NCBI GenBank assembly: GCA_964106915.2
Contig: OZ066919.1
Strand: one strand, 5' to 3'
DNA length: 64,000 bases
Source: Podarcis gaigeae
Taxonomy: Eukaryota
Below the pieces are notes generated by a model. It was not told the origin of the DNA. It was given only the letters and a program-made list of their open reading frames with translations, and did no database searches. This document shows positions 13,950 to 26,075 of this stretch, one piece after another. The number at the start of each line of letters is the position of its first letter. The stretch's first letter is position 1. The position numbers and the translations under genes were made by a program.

Positions 13950-14245
13950 GTGGCTGTATTCGCATGTAACACTAAGCCATGGTTTGCTTTAAACAACCCA
14001 TAAATTATTTCACAAATAAACAAACAACCCATAGTTTGCTCCCCCCAAGCTTGGTATGTTTTTCCAGCCATTCTTGCCTCATGGCTCTCTAATTCGGAAA
14101 TGTCTGGGGTGGACAAACAAGCCATGGTTAAGCTTTTGGTTTGGCACTCTGCCCGAACCCATAGTTAAAACAAGCCATGATTCATAAGCCAACAACAAAC
14201 CATAGCTTCACATCACAGTTTTTGTCAGAAAGTAAACCATAGTTA
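13950..14245. mobile_element. Old non-autonomous DNA transposon remnant with repeated AACCATAG/AAGCCATGG submotifs
   Basis: Multiple aagccatgg/aaccatag motifs. Similar decayed sequence occurs near 28980-29280 and 50320-50410. Family not assigned. Confidence 0.45.
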
Positions 14246-14253
14246 GTCTTCAA

Positions 14254-14760
14254 GATGATCAAGGGACTGGAGCAATTCCCCTAAAACAAAAGGAGGCAAC
14301 ATTTGGGATTTTTTAAAGCCTACAGATAAGGCGAGAGAGCGGGAACATGATAGAGGTGTTTAAAATTATACATAGTGTGAAGAAAGTGGACAGTAAGAAG
14401 CTTTTGTCCTTCTCTAGAACTCCCAGCCATACTGTGAAGCCATACTGTGAACAACAGACAAAAGGAAGTATATCTATACACATAGTTAAACTATGGAATT
14501 TGCTCCCATAAGATGTAGTGATGACCACTAACTAGTACAGCTTTAAAAGAGTAGATAAAACCATGGAGGATAAGGCTAACAAAGGCTACTAGTTCTACAT
14601 CCACTGTAGGTGGCTTATGTTTCTGAATGCCAGTTGCTGGGAAATCCCATGTAAGGAGAGCATTTGGGGGCTTCACATAGACGCCTGGCTGGCCACTGTG
14701 AGAACAGAATGCTTGACCAGATGGGCCTTTGATCTGGTCTATTGGAGTTCTTCTTATGTT
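14254..14760 (+). mobile_element. CR1 LINE 3' end
   Basis: MIKGLEQ and MIEVFKIIH..KV remnants, then a CR1 3'UTR ending gatctggtctattggagttcttcttatgtt. Confidence 0.85.
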
Positions 14761-15319
14761 TCTGTATAATTAGTTGATGGTATCCAATTTTAAATGTTTA
14801 CATGGTTTTACTATATATATGTATGGCTGTTATAAACCGGCTTTGACTTTTTTATGAATAGCGGTATACAAATATTTTAACAAATATTTCATGTTCTTAT
14901 GAACTCAAGTTGTAATAGATGGATGGCACAACAAGGCATTGTCTTTGCCAAACTATGCACCCATAAATTATGCGGTGCTTGCAGCTGGACCCAAAGATGC
15001 CAAGATTACCAAAACTAGGCACACAGAACATGTGGTAAACAGCCAAGACATACCTAGGAGATCACAAACCATCCTCACATTTCTATTCTGCTGTAACAAC
15101 AGTCATCAGAAAGTTATCAGCAAGAGAGTTATCAACACATTGGCAAAACTAGCTAGGGAACTAAGGACTATATCATAGCTCTACAATCTCTCCCATAGGG
15201 GAGAGAACTTGTGTTCCCCAGACAGCAGGCATGTCCTAAGCCCCACAACTCCCCCCCCCCCATTCTGCTACTGGAGGGGCAAAGAATAAGCATTGTGTCC
15301 ATTATCTTGGAATGTAGAT

Positions 15320-15580
15320 TCATTTGTTCCCAATCAATTTGATTGATATGGGGTAGTTAACAGGTCATAATGCTTATTAATGCTTTGCTAAAGATTTTTA
15401 GAGATGCCCTGAATGCTGGATGGGGTATGAATTAGGCGAACACAGGAAAGACCCAAAATTAATTAAATAAGTGATTAATAGATCCATTTACACATGGTAA
15501 TTACAGCAATCCAAGCAATTGGATATGCAAATTAGGCATGCACTTTGTACCCAGCACTTTGTTGTAAGCTCCTACAAAGA
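15320..15580. promoter_or_regulatory. Candidate enhancer (PBX-HOX, POU, SOX)
   Basis: TGATTGAT at 15340, TGATTAAT at 15472, ATGCAAAT at 15525, and three CTTTGT/ACAAAG sites at 15543-15579. Confidence 0.5.
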
Positions 15581-16844
15581 AAGAAGGGGTTGGACAGGGC
15601 AGGGCAGTGCAGTGCTGGTTCCCTGGTGGTCATAGTGTTGCCTCTAAGGGAGCACAATTCAGTGGATCTAGAAACAAGACTTTCACCTATTGTCCGCATC
15701 TAGATCTCAATAACATCTTCCCATACACACATGCTATACTTCGACATAAACGTAAGAGTTCTGGGGCAAACTGCTTCCAAAGAGATGTTTTGTAAGGGTC
15801 CAAGTTATCCTTATCTTGAAGTACACACAATTTTGTTACTTTTCCTTCTCAAATAAAAATACTAAAAAGTATGAGCTAGCAAACTATTGCCTTCTAAACT
15901 CATACATGTGAATCCAGACTGCCTTTGTAAGTACAACTTCACAGTTTAAAGAAGCTACTTCAATAAGGTTATTATTATTATTGGTGACAACCTGTCGTGA
16001 TAGTTACTGTATATACCACCTCCAGGATCAGAGGCAGCATTCTTGTTTTAACTGCTTGTAATATTGTATTTTAAAATTGTGGTATCCAACCTCTGTGAAG
16101 AGAGAGTAAGAAAAATAAATAAGTAATTAATGTCACTGAACACCAGTTGCTAGAGACCAACCGCACAAGAGGGGTCTTGTCCTGATGTTGTCCTTGAAGA
16201 CTTCCCAGTGTTTGGTTGGCCACTGCAGGAAATGCTGACTAGCTAAGCCTTTGGTTTGGTCCAGCAGGGCTCTTATCTCCATCATCTTTGTTTGCAATAA
16301 TAAAAGAATTACACAGATATATTCAACCCCAAAACAAGAGACTAGCTGCTCTTCATGATCTCCAACATGACTTTCATTGGTAGGAAGAGCTTCTCTCTTG
16401 AGGCCTGGATGGCTTAAAGGACAGGCTTCATTTGCCACTGTGTATTCCAAATTCCTACATTATGTTCTGCAGTAGGAAAAAAAGTTCAGCTGTAACCTAA
16501 ATACTGTATGTGTCTAAAGAATCTGAATTTTATACATCCTGCTAGCCATGTAAGAGAAACACACACCCCTGACCACTGAACATCCTATTCACTCTTCTTA
16601 TATTTCACTCCTGCACATTTTAATTTTCCTCCCAGAGCCATAAGACTGAGAAAATTAAATTTAAAAACTAGAGAGATTTGTGTCAAATTCTAGCCCAGCA
16701 TAATGTGAGGGAAGGCTTCTAAAATACACAGGGCAGTCTGACGGGCTGCAGAGGAGAATGATACGCAGATGGAGACAAAATCATGCAGCCCTCTTTCTTC
16801 CTTTGAAGCCAACTCTCCTTTCTTTCAACCAGGAAAGAAGAGCC

Positions 16845-17480
16845 CAGCTTGGCGGTGATAAACAGCCATGCTTTGGTTATCGCTTTCCTTAAGTTGAGGA
16901 GAGGCAGCTAGTGATGGATGGACAGGAATTTGGTTATCAGGCAGGGCTGTCAGCCAGAGTTGCAGATAGCGCACACACATTTAGCAGGGCATCATTATGC
17001 AATGGCATGGAGCTAAAATATGGCCAAGGGTATTGAAAGAATGAAAGAACAGGATTTAGAAAAAACTAGCAAATTGAGCAACAATAAAGGAGCGCAAGGC
17101 GAGGACGTTATCGTCCTAGTGACACCTTTTATCTCAGTCTGGTTAGCAGAGAAGGGCACAAATTGGTCCTTCCTCCACCATTGTATCCTCTTGTACAAAC
17201 AGAGGCAGATAAAATGTGTCACCAATGTGATAGCATATCAATTTAACCCTAATTATCCAGTGGGTCACGCTAAGAAATAAGGGTTTCTCATTTCAACAGG
17301 TCCCTCGGTTTCTGCTATGGAGGAGCCACATTAATAACACAGGGGGGAAGGGGGGGCAACGAGAAAAGGAGGGAGCCTGTAATTGAATTCAGTCACTCAG
17401 GTGGTCCTAGTGTATAAAAAATTAATGTACAACTCTCCCAACTAATCAGAGGCGGTTAATGTCCATCTGCTTCTGGGTTC
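16845..17480. promoter_or_regulatory. Candidate enhancer (PBX-HOX1 + MEIS, homeobox cluster)
   Basis: TGATGGATGG at 16912-16921 with CTGTCA at 16947-16952; many TAAT/ATTA sites in 17240-17460. Confidence 0.5.
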
Positions 17481-17970
17481 AGAAAGTCAGAAGCCCAAGA
17501 AAATAGGGCCATTTCCTACATGCTGGATTCATTGATACCGAGTTGGCTTTTTAAAGAGTCTCCTCCTTTGGAAAAGATATGGGGAACATTAAATCTTGAT
17601 ATTTATAGACCCAGTCAGGAGGCATTAATAGAACCTCATATGCTGTCATGTTCTGAAAATATACAGAAAGCTTTGTCACCACTGCTTCAGTAAAGGCCTT
17701 TCCGCATGGGTGGTGGAAGGAGAGGAGGTTGTGGAGGTAGTAGAAGGAAGGGGACAACACTGCTGCTTTGTGGTCTAAAGATAATTTCTGAATGAAGTTA
17801 CACCATGTTCTATTTTTATTTACTTATATATTTAAAGCAACAATGTTCTGCAGTAAAGATGCTTCAGGAAATCTGCCATATTGCTTATAAAGTATATGAA
17901 AGTAAACATGAAAGCAGAGTGACACAATCTCTTCCTCACACTTTAGAGGAAAGTCATACATCCCTTATAC

Positions 17971-18261
17971 CAGGCACGTCCAACAGGTAGATCATGATCT
18001 ATCGGTAGATCACTGGATGTCTGTGGTAGATCACCGGCTCCCCCCAAAGAAGCTCAACAACTTTGGCTCCCCTAAAAAAAGCTCAACATTCTTGTCCTGC
18101 ATCCCAAAGAAAATGGGCTTTCCTCTCCCCTAAATAAAGCCCTACAACTTTGACCTGAACCCCTAAAAATGGGCCTTCCTCCTTCCTAAAAAAAAAAAGC
18201 TTAACAATTTTGACCTGAACCCCCAATTAGATCACAGTCTATTGGGAGTTGGCTGTCCCTG
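17971..18261. mobile_element. Non-autonomous hAT element
   Basis: Perfect 8-bp TSD CCTTATAC (17963-17970 and 18262-18269). Termini CAGGCACGTCCAAC ... GTTGGCTGTCCCTG. Internal ggtagatca and aaagctcaaca subrepeats. Confidence 0.9.
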
Positions 18262-18351
18262 CCTTATACCATTTAGATGCACTATAAAGTAAGAGAACAA
18301 AAACTATGGCCATTCATGTATTCAGTCCTATAGATGTCTATAGAAACCCAG

Positions 18352-18491
18352 TTACAGATAGGTAGCAGTGTTGGTCTGCCATAGTCAAAACAAAAAAAAT
18401 TCCTTCCAGTAGCACCTTAAAGACCAACTAAGTTAGTTCTTGGTATGAGCTTTCGTGTGCATGCACACTGAAGTATCTGAAGAAGTGTGCG
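18352..18491. mobile_element. Penelope-like retroelement terminal fragment with internal inversion
   Basis: 13-bp direct repeat TATAGAAACCCAG at 18339-18351 and 18492-18504. The body gtagcaccttaaagaccaactaag...gagctttcgtgtgcatgcacac matches the squamate Penelope pLTR as recalled. Hammerhead core motifs are present. Confidence 0.8.
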
Positions 18492-21400
18492 TATAGAAAC
18501 CCAGAAAGCCTACTCAAATGCGCTGCTATTCCTTAATGCAATAATAATTCTTCACTTCAATTTACAGGTGGCATCGTCTTACCCCAGGACAAGTCTTTGG
18601 ATGGTAATGGAAAATAGCCAGTGAGAAAGGGATGCTTTGCCTAGTATAATCAACTGATACATAGAAATATTAGATGCAGCTTTTAAGAAAACAAAGAAAA
18701 AAGAATGAATCTACTGTACTGCAGAGGAGAGGGAGTGCTTACTAGTAAGTGCATGATGTTGTGCTAAGCTCTGACCTGGAGCAGGACATCAACTCCTCAG
18801 AGAACAAAGCAGATTTATCTATCACCAAACAAATAATAAAGAGAGCAAAATTGCCCCCCTTTGCCAGCTCTGAAGATCCCTTTCCTGGTTTACCAACAGA
18901 GGATCTTCTCAAGGCCTCTCAGAGTAGGTGGCATTCTGAGCGTCATCAGATGATCCCCCAGTGGACTCAAAGGGAGAGAACAAATTGCAGGCACCTAAAA
19001 CATCCAAGCCTTCCTGGACTCTACGCCCTGAATTCAGAGTCTTGATAATCTGATGTTAGTTGTTTTAAAAGCAGGTTTCTAGCCCTCATACAAATGGAGA
19101 AAATCTAAAATGTGCCTGTGGCAGATCACCACCACTCTAGGTTGTATGTTACAACTGCCACTGCACAACATATTTCCAATTATTTCCAAGCTTAGTGCAG
19201 GACTTAATAGCTTGCTGAAAATGTGATAAAAAGTCAGTTTTGTGCTCTTCTGAATTGCAGTAAATGAGCTTCAAAGCTCTGCAAAGTCACCTAAATGCCT
19301 TCTACAAAGAACACTTACTTTTTGCTCCTGTGTCCCCACAACAGACTTAATTACTTTTTTGAGTCATCTTGGTAGCATCCAAACAGCCAGAGGGGTGGCT
19401 GTGGTTCCCATTTGCAAGTGACAGCATCAGGATGAAATATTCTAGCTTGGAAGTGCTGGGATTAATGCAGCACTCAATTTTCAGACCAACATGAGACAGA
19501 TCTCCCCTTTTTCTGCCCTCAAATGTGTCACAGCATAGCCAAACTATACGATGCATGTCAGCCTCACACATCAGTGTGCATGAAGCAGAAACATGAGAAA
19601 AAGAAAATGGAAAGGCACTTCTACTGTCAATAGAAACTGATGATTTTTTGCTTTTGAAGGGTCGATTGGAGTTGCCTCTTTCTCTCAAAGTTCTACAGTG
19701 GAAAAAGTCACCTGAGCAAACAGTCAAAGACCTATTTAGCTTCTTGCCCTGGAATTCCTCAAGTGGCCATAGATCCAGGTGATGCCCAGAAATTCACTAA
19801 TGCAACAAGAAAGTCACCACCTCAGTCTGCTCAGGTTCCCTCACACATAAATCGTCTAGTCTCAACTCCCCAGCTCACGAGCGCCACACTTCTAACTTTA
19901 CAAGCATTCCTCACATCCCCCATCACTTTGTAAGCCCTCAATCTGAAAAGCCATTAATGGCAACAGCCTTAGTGCACAACATGAAGGTCAGTGAAAGTTT
20001 TGCCTGCAAATGTCAACCTGTCACCTCTAAATATTAATGAGGGCTGACCAGCAGCAAAAATGCATCCATGTTCCGTTAGTAACAAGATAGATACATTATA
20101 GTAAGAAAAGAGGAGGCAAAGAGCATAGCTGGAGCAGACACAAGCCAAGTTTCAGGGCCACAGGTGCTGATCTGAGCAGTTTTGATGTACAAGCCTAGCT
20201 CCCCCTCCACAACACTATCTAGGAAGGTAACCGTTTCCAGTATAAACGCCACACACGAAAGTGTGATATACACCAAAACAGAAATACCTAATTCAAAGAC
20301 CTATTGACATGAACTGGATATTGCTTCTTAACTTGTACTTGCAGCATATTTGCTAACGACTGCTTTCCTCTATTTTAAGCGTCGTCTTTGCATCTACTTT
20401 GTAAATGTGCCTGGAGTTCTAGTTAAAACAACAAGCACAATGCACAAAAATTAAAATAAGAGGTCAAGGAAATAAGTAGCCTGAGATATGGACTATCTGC
20501 AGCAGCAGTAGCCAACACAGTATGCACCAGATATTGTTGGACTATAATTCCCTTCAACTTTAACCATTGGACATACCGGCTCGGAACATCACATAGGCTA
20601 CCCCGGATCCCATTCAGAACAGACATTAAAGGTTCTTTGTACAACATGGTATTAACAGCAATTCAAATTCCTTTCGGCCAGGTTGGGGTGGGATGGGGTG
20701 AGCGTGTGCGAGTGGATTGAGTGCTGATCTCCACCAGTACAGAGCTTCTGCCTCTGCCCTTGGGTTCCCCGCTGGTGGCAGCCAGCAAAAAGTCCTCCAG
20801 TTAGATGTCCTGGGGGCCAACCCCACTGCCATTACATGACAGCTTTGCAATCTCCCTTCCACCTCTACCACCCATCCCAGTCGGCATGTTTTGCAGGGAT
20901 GCAAACCCAACAGTGTCCTCAGCACTCCTATAAAGCCTCACCAGGCAACAGCTAGGGTTAGGATTGCAACGTAAGTCTCTGAATGTTATTTTTTTAAAGT
21001 CTCTGAACTTTGAATTCTTTTCAGAGAACACATTTTGTACTTGGGAACCTCAGTTTCTATAATTATTCCACTAAAGTGGATTCAGCAAACTTTCAGATTT
21101 TCAGAGGATCAGAGTTTCAGGATTCAGGAAAAGCAAAAGGAAGAACTTCTTCACACAATGCATAGTTAAGCAACTGAATTTGCTACCACAAGATGTAGCA
21201 ATGGTAACCATATTGGAAGGCTTGGAAGGGTTCAAACAAATTTGTGGAAGATAAAGCTCCCAAGGGCTCCTGGTTGCAATGTCTAGTAGACCTCGGAATA
21301 AGCTTTCCTTCACAAGCAGGATGACTTGAATTTTACATTTTTTAAAAAAGTTAAAGTTCATAGGAAATAGATAACAAGGATTTCCTCCTATGTGTGTGCT

Positions 21401-21621
21401 TTTCTTTTTATTTTACTACAGTTTTAAAAATTGTTTTATCCTGTCTCTACTGCAGCTTTTTATTGGCTGCTTTTACTGACTTATCTTAATTCATTTTGTT
21501 GTTTTACTTTTATTGCTTATTTTGTACACCACTGTGAATAAATTTTCATGCAGAAAAGCAGGATGTAAATAACATGAAATAAGACAAATCTTTCCTGTAA
21601 TACAGGAGAACGCCAACTTAT

Positions 21622-21792
21622 GAACCTAGGAAGTTGCCTTACACAGAGTCAGACCATCTAGCTCAGTACTGTCTATGATGGCTGGGAACAACTGTCCTGG
21701 AAGAGGGTTTTCCCAGCCATCTCTGGAAATACTGAGGGTTGAACCTGGGACCCTTTGCATGCAAAGCATGCGCTCCATCACGGAGCAACAGT
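21622..21792 (-). mobile_element. tRNA-derived squamate SINE (Squam3-like) with CR1-type tail
   Basis: The minus strand carries gcatgctttgcatgcaaagggtcccaggttcaaccctc (B box) and the tail gagctagatggtctgactctgtgtaaggcaacttcctaggttc. Confidence 0.8.
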
Positions 21793-22220
21793 CTTGCACC
21801 CAGCTCTTGCATCTTAAACAGAATTATACATAAGCTGCACATAAAAGATTCAATAATTCTGTGCTATGGTAACTCAATCTGTGCTCCAAAAGTCTGCAAT
21901 ATTCTGCAAGACAGACATTCTACATTATGAATTTTCTTAATTTTGATCATTTAACTCTGCTCCTGCTGATCATGGAGAATGGATAACAGTTGTGCAGGGG
22001 ACCACTGTCTTGTCACCTGACCATCAGAAATTCTGCTTGACGCCATTTCCTGTTTAAGAGAGTTCATTAAGCAGTCCCTACATATTTTCAAGCCTATCTT
22101 CACAACTGTGAGGGCTAGTTTTGCTTTTTTAATTTTATTTTTAAGTGAGATAAGATCTTCAGTATACCAAGTGGTACATCAGGACACCAAGGTTAGCAGT
22201 CACATAATGGACAGAAAAGT

Positions 22221-22355
22221 CATAGAATAATAGAATTGTAGAGCTGGAAGGGACCATGAGGAACTAATTCTAATCCAACCCTGTACAATGCAGAAATCGT
22301 CTTGCCCAGCGTGGGGCTCAAACCCACAACCCTGAGATTAAGAGTTTCATGCTCT
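22221..22355 (-). mobile_element. tRNA-Lys(CTT)-derived SINE with CR1 tail, 5'-truncated
   Basis: 22303-22355 is the reverse complement of the 3' 53 nt of vertebrate tRNA-Lys(CTT), 48/53 identical to the recalled sequence. It is followed on the minus strand by ggtcccttccagctctacaattctattattctatg (CR1-type tail). Confidence 0.8.
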
Positions 22356-22358
22356 CTT

Positions 22359-22572
22359 GAACATATAACATACAAAACTGAGTTATGCAAGAGTCCGACA
22401 CTTGATTCATCTAGCTTAGTATTGTCTCCTATAACTAGGAGTGGGTCTTCATGATCTCAGACAAAAATCTTTTCCATCACCTGGTTTCTGAGTGCTTTTA
22501 ATCAGAGGTGTAAGGGATTATACCTGGGTCCTTTCGCATGCAAACATGTGTTCTATGAATTGTGGCCATTCC
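22359..22572 (-). mobile_element. Degraded Squam3-like SINE
   Basis: cctgggtcctttcgcatgcaaac and ctagcttagtattgtct parallel the copy at 21622. Confidence 0.7.
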
Positions 22573-24052
22573 CCTCCTCCTTGCTGATATTTAAAAAAAG
22601 GATGCTCTATCTTGAAGTGTCCATTTTCAGTGGGGGTGGGGGTGGGCTATGCCAAAGCAAACGAGAGTTAATCAAAAACAGACATAGAAAAAAGTCAAAC
22701 ACAAACAGGCAGCTCCACGGATGATTAGGTTGCAAACACATTTTGAGAAAAACTGTTTGTCAAGGCCTGACTAAACCCAATACATGAAGCATCTCTCACT
22801 TCCTTCCCACCAAAGTTGTCAACTCCCTCTCCAGCTAACAAAGCATGCCGGAGAACCAGAACGTTGCCAGCCCATCACCCATGCCTTCCCAAAGTGAATA
22901 TTAACTTCAATTTGAAAAAGCTGATAGGAGAAAACAGAAAAATCAAGCGGAACATGGGCACCCTCTCCACTGAAGAGTCAGGCACTCTTAAGAGAATGAC
23001 AGAGAAATGCAACAGAGCCAAGCAGAAAGCTGCACAATGCCAGCGAAGCAGCAGGTGACAGCAGAGCTTAAAATTTCTCCTGGGTTCTGGAATCTCACAG
23101 CAGGCAACCTCTGGCATTTGGGCCCAGACAATGTGAGACGAGCTGTGCTCTTGCTGTGACAAAACACCCCGCCCAGAAACAGTCACCATTAGCATGTGTT
23201 CTGCCAGTGAGAAACCTCCAGAGCCAAAGGACAAGTGCAGCAATTAGAATGCAGGGAGGGAGGGGGGCAGGAGCTGTTTAACTGCACGACCCCAGAGGTC
23301 AGTGCATCTGACTCCTAGCACTTCCATAAATATTACATGAATGTGTGTGTGTGGGGGGGTGTTTTAAGCTTCCCTGAACGAATTCTCCCTTTGACCCTTC
23401 CCCTCATTCTCACATTCTACATGCAGCTCAACATGTTAGCAACGTTATGTACACATGCAAAAGGCCAGATAATAATTTGTGTAAATGAAGGGAAGTGGAT
23501 AAATTTGTTGACTGCAGGAGTGACCTAGAAAAAGCAGGGCTCTCCAATACCCATCCGTGTTCCATATACAACAGTTCTTCTATATAATGCATTTATCATC
23601 TGCTCGGAGTCAGTGCCTCACAATCAGATCCATCAAAGCACAGGACACTGGGAAAGGGAAAACAGAACTTTCAGCAGTACATGGATCATGCAAGATATGA
23701 AGAGTCAACTTGCCATACGACTGTAATTGCATTCCATCACCACTGAACCTCATCTACCATGGGTAGGGATGCCAAATGAACTGGTTTGCTCTGAATTTCA
23801 GAGTGAACTGACCTGATCTGCATCTCCAGGATTAATGCACAGAATAAAATGTCATTTTGTGGTGTTTGATTTGTTTGTGCACCTATACACACACAGATGT
23901 GAACCTATGGCCACCCGCACCCCCTCAAGTCTTTCCTGGCATATTCCTACAACTTTTCTTTGCATAAAAAAGCTCTAGCATCTCCACAGCTCTTTTCGGA
24001 ATATATATACACACATACCAGCCCTGTTTTGCCTTTCTTAAAAAGAAAATTA

Positions 24053-24187
24053 AAGTCTTCCCCAACCTGGTGCCCCCTGATGTTTTGGATTATAACTCCC
24101 TTCATTCCTCAACACTGACCATGTTAGCAGCGGGTGATGGGAGTTATAGCCTAAAAGTGTATGGAGGGCACCAGTTGGGAAAGGCTG
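24053..24187. mobile_element. ~135-bp palindromic hAT-type MITE
   Basis: cttccccaacctggtgcccc...ataactccc / gggagttat...gagggcaccagttgggaaagg folds back on itself. Related copies or halves at about 20520, 32460, 34665-34792 and 43422-43480. Confidence 0.8.
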
Positions 24188-26075
24188 CACTAGAGAGAGA
24201 GAAGAAACAGAATCCTTCAGGAATTCACCTAGCATGAGGCTCTCACCAAACCATCCTGCTTCCATGTAATATAGTAATCACCAAGTGACTCAGTGATCCT
24301 AGTATACCTCTAAGCCTGATAGCTATTTGACCATTTAGACATTTCCCACACTGGTGGTATGAAGGCAAGGTCTGCAAGTATCCTAGAACTGAGAAAGAGC
24401 CCCAGCCTTCATGCATCTCCTATGATCGTGCTCTAATGCTCCTTGACATCCCTCTGAAGACGGTGAGCTATTTGTAGTCACCACCATGATTTGTTAGTAA
24501 TTATTTTCATGGTGTCACATTGCTGTCACACTGCTAACAAAGAGACAGGCAGCCCGAGGCTGCTTGCAAGAGACACTCAGAAAATGTGGCGGGGGTGGGG
24601 GGGTGGGATTGTCAGGCACCCAAAGACTCTCTTTGCTCAACAGAGCTTTCGAACCAGAGCCCTTACAATAGCCTAAAATCAATGGTTCCTCAGAAGCAGC
24701 AAGCCAGCACTATCTTGCACTTTGGCCACAGAGGCTGAAATTAATTACTATCCTCCTCCGCACTATCCCTGAAACAAAGCCAACAAAGCCAGTGGGTTCG
24801 GGGTAGTTTTAGATTTCCTTAAGCTATTAACGTGCTAGACATCTAAAGCAAAGACACATACAAACTGTGGGTGCAGATTACTTTAGCTATATCCTTTCAA
24901 GCTGCATTTCCCCCCCAAGCACTGCAAAACCACTGCGAAGTCTACAGTATCCCAGTATTGGCAAATATGCTAATTTATACACAGTGACAATGTGCTGTAT
25001 TTCTTCGGTCTGGCTGCCTTAGCTGTTTAGCATTTCCCTGTGCTAAGGGACAGTTGCAGAGAGAGAGACACATACACACTGTCACAGCCTAATGGCTTGT
25101 GCCCATTACCTTGCCCTCGTGTCACTGACATCCCAAGAACTTCCTATATGCCAGCTCCATCCATCCATCTTGCACCTGTGTCTGTGATACTTCAGACTGA
25201 CTTGTCAATCAAAGGTAATCATCCTTCCCCCACTATCTGCATTGCTTGCTTGGTCCCATGAGAAATGTCAGCAATTCTAAGACCTGCTATGTTGCACAAT
25301 ACAAATACAGTCAAATGAAAGTGAGCTGCCATACCAGCTGACCCTTCAGGCTGCCTTGATTCCAGCTGCATAGAATAAGGGTGAACATGGCTCCTTGAGC
25401 AATCCTAAATGTTCACAGCATCCAATAGGTATGATCGTCCTTCTGCTCAATGTAACAGCTTGCACATCATACATCACGACAACAGAAGAAAAGTGCCAAA
25501 GAATTCTGAGGACATTAAAACTAATCATAGAAGCTTAACCTGCAGAGTGTGTGTCACATCAAGACAAGTTGCGAAACTTACCATATGCTCCAAAAATTGA
25601 TACGTTCCCCCTCCCTTGAATGGCCCTAATCACTACTTAGAACGTTTAAACGGTCCATAAAATGTAACTGATGCAGCAGCTCATGGGGCTGCAAAATGAT
25701 GTCACAATTCAAGAGGATGGTTTGACCTCATCTGTACCTGCAGAATTAATGGAAGGAGGAGGTTGGTTCCAAGTTTGTACTGTTTCCATAAGCCACCAAA
25801 GTCCTAGCACAACGATAGCTAAAGAACATGCAGATACATTCACACCTCAAAAGGCAGAAATGGTGAAACATTGTTCAGACAGCCTGATAATGTCGGGATC
25901 GATGCAGCACAGAAAGGATAAATAATTTAACTTCAGCCATACCTAATACTCCTTGCTATTTAACTTTGCCCAGAATCCATTTTGCTTGTCGTCCTCGCCC
26001 CCATATGATAGTATATACTGCTTTTTCAGCTTCAAAGTACTGCCTCCAACAATATTGAAGGTTCTTGGTCAAACA

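Noticed and set aside
18568-18603. Plus-strand micro-exon-like segment (tttacag|...GATG|gtaatg)
   Set aside because: It is isolated and antisense to ERI3, no partner exons were identified, and such matches are expected by chance at this frequency.
22303-22355. Functional tRNA-Lys(CTT) gene
   Set aside because: It lacks the 5' acceptor strand and A box, has a mutated T-loop/B-box region, and is fused to a CR1 tail.
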